A stretch of 35,485 bases of DNA from a virus (Duplodnaviria > Caudoviricetes): positions 1-35,485 of the IMG/VR virus record IMGVR_UViG_3300017722_000896, one strand, 5' to 3'. Numbering within the stretch: the stretch's first letter is position 1; each line of letters begins with the position of its first letter. The notes under the pieces are model-generated. The model was given only the letters and a program-made list of their open reading frames with translations, was not told where the DNA came from and did not search any database. The translations under genes were made by a program, and so were the position numbers. Positions 27,910 to 34,624 of the stretch are shown here, in pieces.

Positions 27910-28785
27910 TTAGTCTTCCTTTGCCAGTCGCTTGAAGTATTCAAGCGCATCTTCGTCCTCGTCAGGCTTGGGAGCCTTACGAGCAGGAACGGCTTCAGCC
28001 ACTTCGTCCTCGTCCTCCGCTCTCTTAGCGGCAGGGGCAACGCTGCGAATGTCACCACCGAGAACATCGTTGAGCTTCTTCTTAAGTTCGTCATATGACT
28101 TGAACTCAGCAGGAGCAACAAAGTCCTGAAGCTTGTACAGTGTCTTCCACAGCTTCTCAAGCTTCTCGTCATCACCCTTGTAGAGTTCAGCCGCACCGTC
28201 AAACTCAGACTTGTCGTAGTTGGTATAACCAGCCACCTTACGAATCTTCAGCTTGAAGTTAGCACCCTTCCAGAAGTCGAACGGGTTGATGGCTTCCTCG
28301 TCCTTGAACTGAGGCTGCATGGCCTCCTGAATCTTCTGGAAGATCTTCGTACCGTACTTGAAGAGGAACACCTTACCTTCGTTCTGAGGGTTTGAAGGAT
28401 CGCTGACAACAAGGATGTTGCTGATGTAGGTTAGCTTACGCTTACGGTTACGGGCAATGTCCTTGTCCTTCTCGACACCGCTGTTCCAAAGTTCGCTATT
28501 GGCTTCACAGATCGGACACTTCTGACCAAGCGTGGTTGGGCAGTTGTCAATCAGCCAGCCACCCTTGCCTTGGAAGCCGTGTGAGTAAACCTTGACCCAA
28601 GGAACATCCTCACCTTCACAGGCTGGAAGAAAACGAATCACGGCATAGCCGTTACCCGCCTTGTCAACTTCTGGCCTCCAGAACCGATCATCCTTGTAAT
28701 CGGCAGTCTTGTTTAGGTCTTCGATCTTCTTGGTAAGATCTTCAATGCTGGACTTCGAACGCTTCTTAAAATCGCTAAATGACAT
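27910..28785 (-). CDS. gp32: Single-stranded DNA-binding protein (gp32)
   Basis: DDRFW.P..DKAGNGYAVIRFLPA, HGFQG.GGW.I.NC.TT.G..CP.CE (Zn site), NPFDFW.GANFKLKIRKV.GY.NYD.SEF, acidic tail. Confidence 0.98.
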   Translation of the reverse strand: MSFSDFKKRSKSSIEDLTKKIEDLNKTADYKDDRFWRPEVDKAGNGYAVIRFLPACEGEDVPWVKVYSHGFQGKGGWLIDNCPTTLGQKCPICEANSELWNSGVEKDKDIARNRKRKLTYISNILVVSDPSNPQNEGKVFLFKYGTKIFQKIQEAMQPQFKDEEAINPFDFWKGANFKLKIRKVAGYTNYDKSEFDGAAELYKGDDEKLEKLWKTLYKLQDFVAPAEFKSYDELKKKLNDVLGGDIRSVAPAAKRAEDEDEVAEAVPARKAPKPDEDEDALEYFKRLAKED

Positions 28786-28832
28786 ATAGTCTCCTTAAAT
28801 TTTTCCCAAGGAACTCCCTTGGCCGATGGTGT

Positions 28833-28860
28833 AGTATACCAAAGTCTGGTGATTAGTCAA
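28833..28860 (-). promoter_or_regulatory. Sigma70-type promoter for gp32
   Basis: TTGACT-N16-TATACT with extended TG; followed by hairpin CCAAGG-GAGTT-CCTTGG and AAGGAG SD. Confidence 0.8.
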
Positions 28861-29081
28861 AAGGGAAGTTTGGCCTTTTTGGGCAGAATATGAAGATCTC
28901 TTCCTTCCTCAATCAACTTTTCGATTACTGGTTTGGTTAGCAGTTTTGCAGCCCCTTCTGGCTCAATCTGATAATCCTCACAATGTTTTAAAATTGCGTC
29001 CATGTAGGTGCAATTATTTTTAGAAACATATTCCACGATTAACTTCGAAAACTCATTTTTAAAAGTAGGTTCTATAAGCAT
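28857..29081 (-). CDS. gp33: Late transcription coactivator (gp33)
   Basis: F...I...V......Y.DAI...C....IE.E...KL......EK...E...L..L......LP; upstream of gp32 as in T4. Confidence 0.9.
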   Translation of the reverse strand: MLIEPTFKNEFSKLIVEYVSKNNCTYMDAILKHCEDYQIEPEGAAKLLTKPVIEKLIEEGRDLHILPKKAKLPF

Positions 29082-29091
29082 GTTGAATACC

Positions 29092-29099
29092 CTATATAG
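29092..29099. promoter_or_regulatory. Palindromic CTATATAG late-promoter variant between divergent gp33 and 29120 gene
   Basis: TATATA core in the 38-nt divergent gap; GGAG SD before 29120. Confidence 0.5.
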
Positions 29100-29119
29100 T
29101 AGTGTAATTTGGAGAAAAA

Positions 29120-30175
29120 ATGCCTGATAATACTGATCCCAATTTGAATGTAGGTATCGCTGGCGGTCTTACCGCAACCATTGCAACTGATTTCGTTATC
29201 GATGTTTATGGTGCTACCGCGCATGTTCCACTAAGCAAAATAGTATTTGGTGGTACTTCAGATGCCACCCGAATCACCTCGACTAGCCCATTGCCAGTCT
29301 ATGTTTCCTCTACTGGTGTTACCTTAAATACCAGAGCCACAATTACTGGTGGTGGTACTGCTGGATCAGTACAGGTAGTAAATTATAGCACAAGTTCACT
29401 AAAAGTAAATGGTTCAGGTCTAAATGCTGCTGTTATCACCCAGGATCAGGCTGGTAACACTCTTCTTACAAATATTTACACCGATACCCAGGCATTTGTC
29501 AGTAATTTTGGTAGCGGTGGATATACAATCAAAACAATTGGTGTTGGACCAACTGGTGCTACAAGCGGATCTTATGTTCGTCTGTTCGACCCAACCACCA
29601 ATCTAATCGCTGGAGTCTCCAATGGTGGAGGTAGCCCAGCTCTAATGGTTCAGGTTCTTGGTGCTCCAATTACACTAACTGCAAATGTAAATCCTTCGGT
29701 TGGTATTTTCAATAGTGCTACTGGTCCGATTTTCATTCAAGGTTCAACCGGATCACCTGTCAGCATTACTGGAGTGACCCTTGAATCTCTACTAACATCA
29801 ATCAATCAGTCTGGCAACTCTGGAGCAACATTTACTTCTAGAATCCCAGCAATTGAAACTCTATTAACAGCTGGTACTGCCAAGGTAACTGTAAACTCAG
29901 AGACTTTGCCAAGCAGCATTCTAACAGGGCTATTCACTGCTACTACCTCAGCAACAGGAATTTACCCAGCAGGATTCACATGCTCCAAGGGAGTTAATCT
30001 AAAGTCATTTCCTACAAATACCCAATACATTTTCGTCGGGGAAAGCGGATTTACTTATGGATATCCACTAAACAGTGGTCAAGAAATATTCCTTCAAGTA
30101 TCAAATCTAAACAAGGTATTTGCCAAGAGTGGTGGCGGAAGCACCGGACAAGCACTATACTTTATAGCAAGATAA
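29120..30175 (+). CDS. Gly/Thr-rich putative virion structural (fibre/decoration) protein
   Basis: 351 aa; 15 G-x-T tripeptides; C-terminal GV.LK....N...I.VG.....GYPL..G..I.L.V.NLN.VF beta domain. Confidence 0.7.
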   Translation: MPDNTDPNLNVGIAGGLTATIATDFVIDVYGATAHVPLSKIVFGGTSDATRITSTSPLPVYVSSTGVTLNTRATITGGGTAGSVQVVNYSTSSLKVNGSGLNAAVITQDQAGNTLLTNIYTDTQAFVSNFGSGGYTIKTIGVGPTGATSGSYVRLFDPTTNLIAGVSNGGGSPALMVQVLGAPITLTANVNPSVGIFNSATGPIFIQGSTGSPVSITGVTLESLLTSINQSGNSGATFTSRIPAIETLLTAGTAKVTVNSETLPSSILTGLFTATTSATGIYPAGFTCSKGVNLKSFPTNTQYIFVGESGFTYGYPLNSGQEIFLQVSNLNKVFAKSGGGSTGQALYFIAR

Positions 30176-30176
30176 A

Positions 30177-31481
30177 ATGAGTATTGAGAGTGATATTGTA
30201 GAAGTTAAATCCATAGGTTCCTATGGAATCAAAATTGTGAATTCGTATTCCGATTTTGATTTGATGGGAAAGAGATTCAATTCAAGTCCTCTGGTTTATT
30301 ATTACAATGCTTTTGGAAATGCCATTTTTGATTATTCCAATACAACGGATCAAGACGACTTAGATCTTTTAGAAATTTTTCTTCAAGGAATTACTAACGG
30401 AAATACGTTTACAGTTACAAATGGTTACTATGTAAAAGATCAGGACGGTATAACATCAAACATTAATGGTGTGTATCAGTTCAACGGAGCTACAGGAAAC
30501 AATCTATTACTAACAACAGTAATCTCCGCTACTGGAATAAACAGTGCTGAATTTAGATACGAAAGAGATTTCTTTGTCGATCCACCTCAGTTGGATCTAA
30601 ATTCTGGATTCACTGGGGATATCGCTTACATAATCACTTCTGTAACAAATCCGGGTGCAATACAGGATCTAGGTTTGTATGAAGATGACCTAGTTGAAAT
30701 TTCATATGCTGGTAATACAGCAAATATTGACAGATATTCGGTAGAAAAAGTTGAGACTTCTACAGACGGAACTGAACTTATTTTTGTAAAAGAACCATTG
30801 GTATCTAACGATAGAATCGGATCGGCAACAACAATTGTTGTTTATAACAGAGGTACGGCTACAGAAGAATATCTGAATAAGAGTAGAGTACTAAATGGAG
30901 CTGCAAGAACATATGATTCCGAAGGCACTCTATTAGAATGCTTTGAATATCAGAATGAACTTCAAGGATATCTAAGAAGATTCCGATATTCTGATTCTGA
31001 AACCACCAGCGTATGGGGATATGGAACAGATTGTAGCGGTGTTGCAACAAACCCAGATGCGGCTGGCAGCGGAGCACTATACGATACATTTGTATCGGTT
31101 AAAGTAAGCACCAACGGATTCATAATAAATGGCCAAGTCAGACCAGCAATAACTTTGACTCCAAATGTAACATACTTGTTCTATCAGGGACATATCAGTA
31201 ACTACAATAGCATTCTTCCCCATCAAATGGTATTTACTAGAAATAGAGGCAATGTTTCTTCTTCTAGTTTATTGACTGATATTTACAGTATAAATGGTAC
31301 TCCAGGAAATTCAGATTCTTATGTGTTGGTAAAACCAACATCACAGACACCAGGAGTATTTTATTACGAGTGCCTAAATCACCCTAATATGGGAGGGGTG
31401 ATTTATGTCACAACTACTTTGAACTTGACTAACTTTGCTGCTACTACATCTATCAATCGTAGCGGAAGTTTATATCTGTAA
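30177..31481 (+). CDS. Putative virion protein with C-terminal cupredoxin-like domain
   Basis: 434 aa; P.ITL....TY.F.Q....N...PH...F ... TP...YYECLNHPNMGG.I.V. Confidence 0.7.
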   Translation: MSIESDIVEVKSIGSYGIKIVNSYSDFDLMGKRFNSSPLVYYYNAFGNAIFDYSNTTDQDDLDLLEIFLQGITNGNTFTVTNGYYVKDQDGITSNINGVYQFNGATGNNLLLTTVISATGINSAEFRYERDFFVDPPQLDLNSGFTGDIAYIITSVTNPGAIQDLGLYEDDLVEISYAGNTANIDRYSVEKVETSTDGTELIFVKEPLVSNDRIGSATTIVVYNRGTATEEYLNKSRVLNGAARTYDSEGTLLECFEYQNELQGYLRRFRYSDSETTSVWGYGTDCSGVATNPDAAGSGALYDTFVSVKVSTNGFIINGQVRPAITLTPNVTYLFYQGHISNYNSILPHQMVFTRNRGNVSSSSLLTDIYSINGTPGNSDSYVLVKPTSQTPGVFYYECLNHPNMGGVIYVTTTLNLTNFAATTSINRSGSLYL

Positions 31482-32192
31482 TTAAATCGACAATCTTTTA
31501 TCAGTCATCGTTAAGATAAATTTTCTTATCTTGTCAATATAGCCACGGTTTCTGAGTTCTTTGAATACAAGATTTTCTTGAGTAAACTCTCCGCTTTTTG
31601 CAATAGCATGCTTTCTCATCTTTTGGAATTTTTCCAAAAGTTTCTCGGCAGCTTTCGTATCAGTCGTGTTTTCTATAGCATGATCGATCTGGTAAATAGC
31701 ATCATCGATCTTTTTCTTAAGCAGATCATCGTGCTCAAAGTCAAGTTTTAGATTCTCTGGCTTTACGATCCATTTTCCAGTCTTCAAGGAATAGACTCCC
31801 TGGTTATCTGGGATTTTTACTTGTCCAAGTTGAGCATAAACTTCAACTTCTGTGTCATATATTTCAATATCGTGAGTCAAAGACCAAATCAATTTCTTAT
31901 CTTTGAAGTATTCCTCACCAGCGCAGTTTGGGATTTTCTTGGGATTTAGGATGATATGAACATCTAAATCCGAATCATCGGTATAGTTGAAATTTGCATT
32001 TCCCCCGGTAAGTACTATATCCTCGACTGCACTGGTGGGTACTTCGGCAAATTTTAGCCATTCTTTGGCTATTTCAAGTAGCTGCTTACGGACCTCATCC
32101 TTGAGAAAAATATTGACCCAGAACTTTGGATTGAGTTCTGAGTGATATTGAAGCGTCAATGCTTCCAATAAAAATCGTCTAGGATTGAGCAT
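31482..32192 (-). CDS. Pol-beta superfamily nucleotidyltransferase
   Basis: IVLTGGNANFNYTDDSDLDVHI (G[GS]-x-DxD signature), VEVY third carboxylate, GEF..ENLVFK.LR..GY. Start reassigned to ATG 32192 (236 aa). Confidence 0.85.
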   Translation of the reverse strand: MLNPRRFLLEALTLQYHSELNPKFWVNIFLKDEVRKQLLEIAKEWLKFAEVPTSAVEDIVLTGGNANFNYTDDSDLDVHIILNPKKIPNCAGEEYFKDKKLIWSLTHDIEIYDTEVEVYAQLGQVKIPDNQGVYSLKTGKWIVKPENLKLDFEHDDLLKKKIDDAIYQIDHAIENTTDTKAAEKLLEKFQKMRKHAIAKSGEFTQENLVFKELRNRGYIDKIRKFILTMTDKRLSI

Positions 32193-32196
32193 ACAA

Positions 32197-32213
32197 TATG
32201 TAGAATATAAATA
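32197..32213. promoter_or_regulatory. Back-to-back late promoters (TCTACATA on minus, TATAAATA on plus)
   Basis: Minus TACATA 4 nt before the NTase ATG; plus TATAAATA at 32206-32213 before GGAGG SD and ATG 32228. Confidence 0.7.
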
Positions 32214-32227
32214 TAGGGAGGAAAATA

Positions 32228-32497
32228 ATGAACCATACGCCAATAAAAGTAATAGCAGTAACAGCAGGGGCTGGCGCAACCACTATATCCGACAAGCATA
32301 GAGCTGTAATTGTCTCTAATACTGGTACAACCACAAGCGAAATAACTTTACAGTTTTTAAATATTAACAATTTAAATACTGGAAATTTTGTTATTAGATT
32401 AATTGCAAACTCTGGACCATTTTATATTCCATGTAGAGTAAAATCAATCACTGTTACTACATCTACATCTAATGCATCTATAGTTCTTTTAGCGTAA
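32228..32497 (+). CDS. Small hypothetical late protein (beta-rich)
   Basis: 89 aa with late promoter and strong SD; TAATG-coupled to the next gene. Confidence 0.75.
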   Translation: MNHTPIKVIAVTAGAGATTISDKHRAVIVSNTGTTTSEITLQFLNINNLNTGNFVIRLIANSGPFYIPCRVKSITVTTSTSNASIVLLA

Positions 32498-32907
32498 TGA
32501 TTTTAAATAATCAAAATATAATGATATACGGATCAGACGAAGAAAAAAGTCTGAGAGTTATTGGAATTACTAGCGGTCTATTCACCGTTCCTGATGGTGA
32601 AACATACACTTTTCATGTGGATTTATCAGACATAAAACATAAAAAATTATTATTATCTGTGGTCCCACAAATAGAAGGTGTATTTACTCCCGGTGCTGCA
32701 ATAAATTTTAGCACAATAACTTTAAATCTAAACGAAAATCAATTTACTCACAATATGTTCGATAGTTCCTCTTCTTCTTCTATTGCTAGACAGCCTCTTT
32801 TAGAATATTTTCCCTCAAATTGCAGAGGAATAACTATGAGTGTTTCTTGCATACCTGGAGAAGGTCCAATTGAAGATATAGCGTATTATATTGCATTCAT
32901 TGCATGA
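32497..32907 (+). CDS. Hypothetical protein
   Basis: 136-aa ORF, translationally coupled, ends at a terminator. Confidence 0.7.
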   Translation: MILNNQNIMIYGSDEEKSLRVIGITSGLFTVPDGETYTFHVDLSDIKHKKLLLSVVPQIEGVFTPGAAINFSTITLNLNENQFTHNMFDSSSSSSIARQPLLEYFPSNCRGITMSVSCIPGEGPIEDIAYYIAFIA

Positions 32908-32936
32908 AAAAACCCCCTGCTGGAGCAGAGGGTTTT
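32907..32936 (-). terminator. Intrinsic (likely bidirectional) terminator between convergent units
   Basis: Minus strand AAAACCCTCTGC-TCCA-GCAGGGGGTTTTTT. Confidence 0.8.
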
Positions 32937-32958
32937 AAAAATTAACTATTCAGTTGTA

Positions 32959-33270
32959 TTAGATACGATTCTTCGCCTTTGTGCAGCTGTTTGAGCACTG
33001 CTCAAGCCGCGTGTGCAGTTCATCCACATTTCGCCACATATCGCTTCGAACGCTATGAAGTTCATTATTGAAAGTCACATTGTCAAATTCCTTTTGGAGT
33101 TGGCAAATGTGCTTCTGAAGAGCACGAATTTCACAAACAAGCAGGAAAACAGTCAGGCCAACGAACGACCAGACAATTGGAGCCTTTGCATTATCAAGAT
33201 GCAGAAGCAGAGCACCGAACGCAGTAAATGAAGCAAGCCAACGCAAACCAAAAACATTAGTATTAATCAT
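32959..33270 (-). CDS. Small membrane protein (2 TM helices plus coiled coil)
   Basis: Two hydrophobic segments (WLASFTAFGALLL; IVWSFVGLTVFLLVC) then a heptad-rich tail; AAGGAG SD. Confidence 0.7.
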   Translation of the reverse strand: MINTNVFGLRWLASFTAFGALLLHLDNAKAPIVWSFVGLTVFLLVCEIRALQKHICQLQKEFDNVTFNNELHSVRSDMWRNVDELHTRLEQCSNSCTKAKNRI

Positions 33271-33415
33271 TTTTATTCTCCTTTTGAATAATTTTACTTA
33301 AAACTGAAACAATTTGGTCAATTTTACGATTCTCCAGAATCATATTGACCTTGATCTTTTCAATCTCATCCTTGAGAACTAGTACGATTTTTCTATCTTC
33401 TTCGGTCATAATCAT
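33263..33415 (-). CDS. Small coiled-coil hypothetical protein
   Basis: GGAG SD then ATG 33415 (MIMTEEDRK...); the ORF-track start at 33454 lies inside the tRNA. Confidence 0.6.
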   Translation of the reverse strand: MIMTEEDRKIVLVLKDEIEKIKVNMILENRKIDQIVSVLSKIIQKENKND

Positions 33416-33429
33416 ACTTATATCTCCAA

Positions 33430-33502
33430 TGAGTAGGGTGGGGGTCGAACCCACACATCTACCGTTATAAGCGGAAGGTTCTGCCGATTGAACTACCTAC
33501 CC
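33430..33502 (-). tRNA. tRNA-Ile(UAU)
   Basis: GGGTAGG-TA-GTTC-AATCGGCA-GAAC-C-TTCCG-CTTATAA-CGGTA-GATGT-GTGGG-TTCGACC-CCCAC-CCTACTC-A; anticodon TAT; no encoded CCA. Confidence 0.88.
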
Positions 33503-33507
33503 AATTT

Positions 33508-33551
33508 CAACCCGGCTGTCGCGCCAACCGGGTTGCCAACCTAATGGTTGG
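33508..33551 (-). ncRNA. Double-hairpin structured leader upstream of tRNA-Ile
   Basis: CCAACC-ATTA-GGTTGG directly followed by CAACCCGGTTG-GCGCGA-CAGCCGGGTTG (11 bp with one G-U), between the promoter and the tRNA. Confidence 0.5.
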
Positions 33552-33563
33552 ACTGTTAGTTCT

Positions 33564-33591
33564 ATTATACGGAGGAATTATCCTCTGTCAA
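33564..33591 (-). promoter_or_regulatory. Consensus sigma70 promoter
   Basis: TTGACA-N16-TATAAT; the spacer contains the inverted repeat GAGGA-TAAT-TCCTC. Confidence 0.85.
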
Positions 33592-33828
33592 GAGAATCTT
33601 ACACTTTTGGTTAGTAACATGCCCAGAAGGAGTCAAAACCAAATAATTGCTCTTCTGGCGGTCAGTATCGTCACCAAGGCGATAGTTGACCTGTGTGCCT
33701 TTGTGGAGGCTTACGCACTCTAGGACCTCTGGGGAGGCCAGACGCTCCATGATGGCCTTAGCAGCCACCACAGCCTCCTCTTGGCAGGAGGACATGAGAG
33801 GAATGTCAATGTGGATTCGGTATGCCAT
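33565..33828 (-). CDS. Hypothetical protein
   Basis: 87 aa, TAATG-coupled to the upstream gene. Confidence 0.7.
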   Translation of the reverse strand: MAYRIHIDIPLMSSCQEEAVVAAKAIMERLASPEVLECVSLHKGTQVNYRLGDDTDRQKSNYLVLTPSGHVTNQKCKILLTEDNSSV

Positions 33829-34019
33829 TAGTCAATTAGGAACTTCTTTGTGCTTTCTGCCGAAATCCAATCGGTAGAACCATCTTCATACCGAACGCAA
33901 TACTCAGTTTCTTCGTAAATCATACCCTTCTTATCCTTTGCCCGTGAGGTTTGAGATCCAATCACAGTGCAAGGACGGCTATTTTCCGAATTTACTACTT
34001 TTTCTCCGTGCTTATACAT
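33828..34019 (-). CDS. Small hypothetical protein (SH3/Tudor-like pattern)
   Basis: 63 aa; G.KV......C.V ... Y.VRY.DG..DW; abuts the deaminase stop. Confidence 0.65.
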   Translation of the reverse strand: MYKHGEKVVNSENSRPCTVIGSQTSRAKDKKGMIYEETEYCVRYEDGSTDWISAESTKKFLID

Positions 34020-34415
34020 TTAAATCTCCAATTCTTGAAAACCTTCGTTGTCAGTGTACCAAATTTCGTCAAAGAAGTCAACACACCACGCCAAACAATG
34101 CTTACACGGCTTAGAATTTCTCAGTTCGTTAAACCGATTCATGCGAAAATTGATCAATTTCAACCTCTTTTCGCCTCTTTTGTAGCATTTTGGCAGCTTA
34201 TTGAACGCATCTAGCTCAGAATGGACACAATCGATGACATATCCATACTTACGAGCAAGTGGATGAGTCTTAAATTGGTTAGTTCCAATCGAAACTAGCT
34301 TATTCTTGTGGAAGATCAGACTCACATGCTTCTTTTGCCTCTCCATTTGGAGGCAGATTGGCATTGTCTGGATTAAAATATCGTTTAGCTTCACGCTCAA
34401 TTTGGGAATAATCAT
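34020..34415 (-). CDS. Zinc-dependent cytidine/CMP deaminase-fold protein
   Basis: H........K.VS.G.N...THP, HSE and SKPCKHC motifs (HxE...PCxxC). Exact start uncertain. Confidence 0.85.
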   Translation of the reverse strand: MIIPKLSVKLNDILIQTMPICLQMERQKKHVSLIFHKNKLVSIGTNQFKTHPLARKYGYVIDCVHSELDAFNKLPKCYKRGEKRLKLINFRMNRFNELRNSKPCKHCLAWCVDFFDEIWYTDNEGFQELEI

Positions 34416-34620
34416 AATTAGTCGCCTTTGACCCGACTATCTTCTCATTGTAATATCTCTCCACGAAGAAGTCAACCACTATTGGATAATGTTTGACAAC
34501 ATTTCTTGCCCTCTGCCGAATTGCTTTTGGCACTTTGGGTGTCTGCTTTGGATCTAGAAGGCTGTAAATAAATTCTTTACAGCGTTGTAATGCATAGATT
34601 TCTTCTTCAAGTGTTGACAT
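34300..34620 (-). CDS. Hypothetical protein, BPSL0761-like family
   Basis: F...LLDPK.TPKVPK.IR.RA....KHYP motif; ATG at 34620 just after tRNA-Gly (ORF-track start at 34674 is inside the tRNA). Confidence 0.7.
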   Translation of the reverse strand: MSTLEEEIYALQRCKEFIYSLLDPKQTPKVPKAIRQRARNVVKHYPIVVDFFVERYYNEKIVGSKATNYDYSQIEREAKRYFNPDNANLPPNGEAKEACESDLPQE

Positions 34621-34624
34621 AAAA

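Noticed and set aside
27846-28202. Alternate-frame and antisense ORFs over gp32
   Set aside because: Overlap a conserved gene; their composition mirrors gp32 codon bias.
32193-32279. Leu-rich N-terminal extension (apparent signal peptide) of the NTase in the ORF track
   Set aside because: It is the antisense of the 32228 gene start and the promoter gap; the better start is ATG 32192.
32959-33270. Holin call for the 2-TM protein
   Set aside because: It lies in a sigma70-driven tRNA-associated unit with no adjacent endolysin; topology alone is insufficient.
33416-33454. ORF-track starts inside tRNA genes (33454 and 34674)
   Set aside because: The extensions are tRNA sequence; downstream ATGs (33415, 34620) are more plausible.
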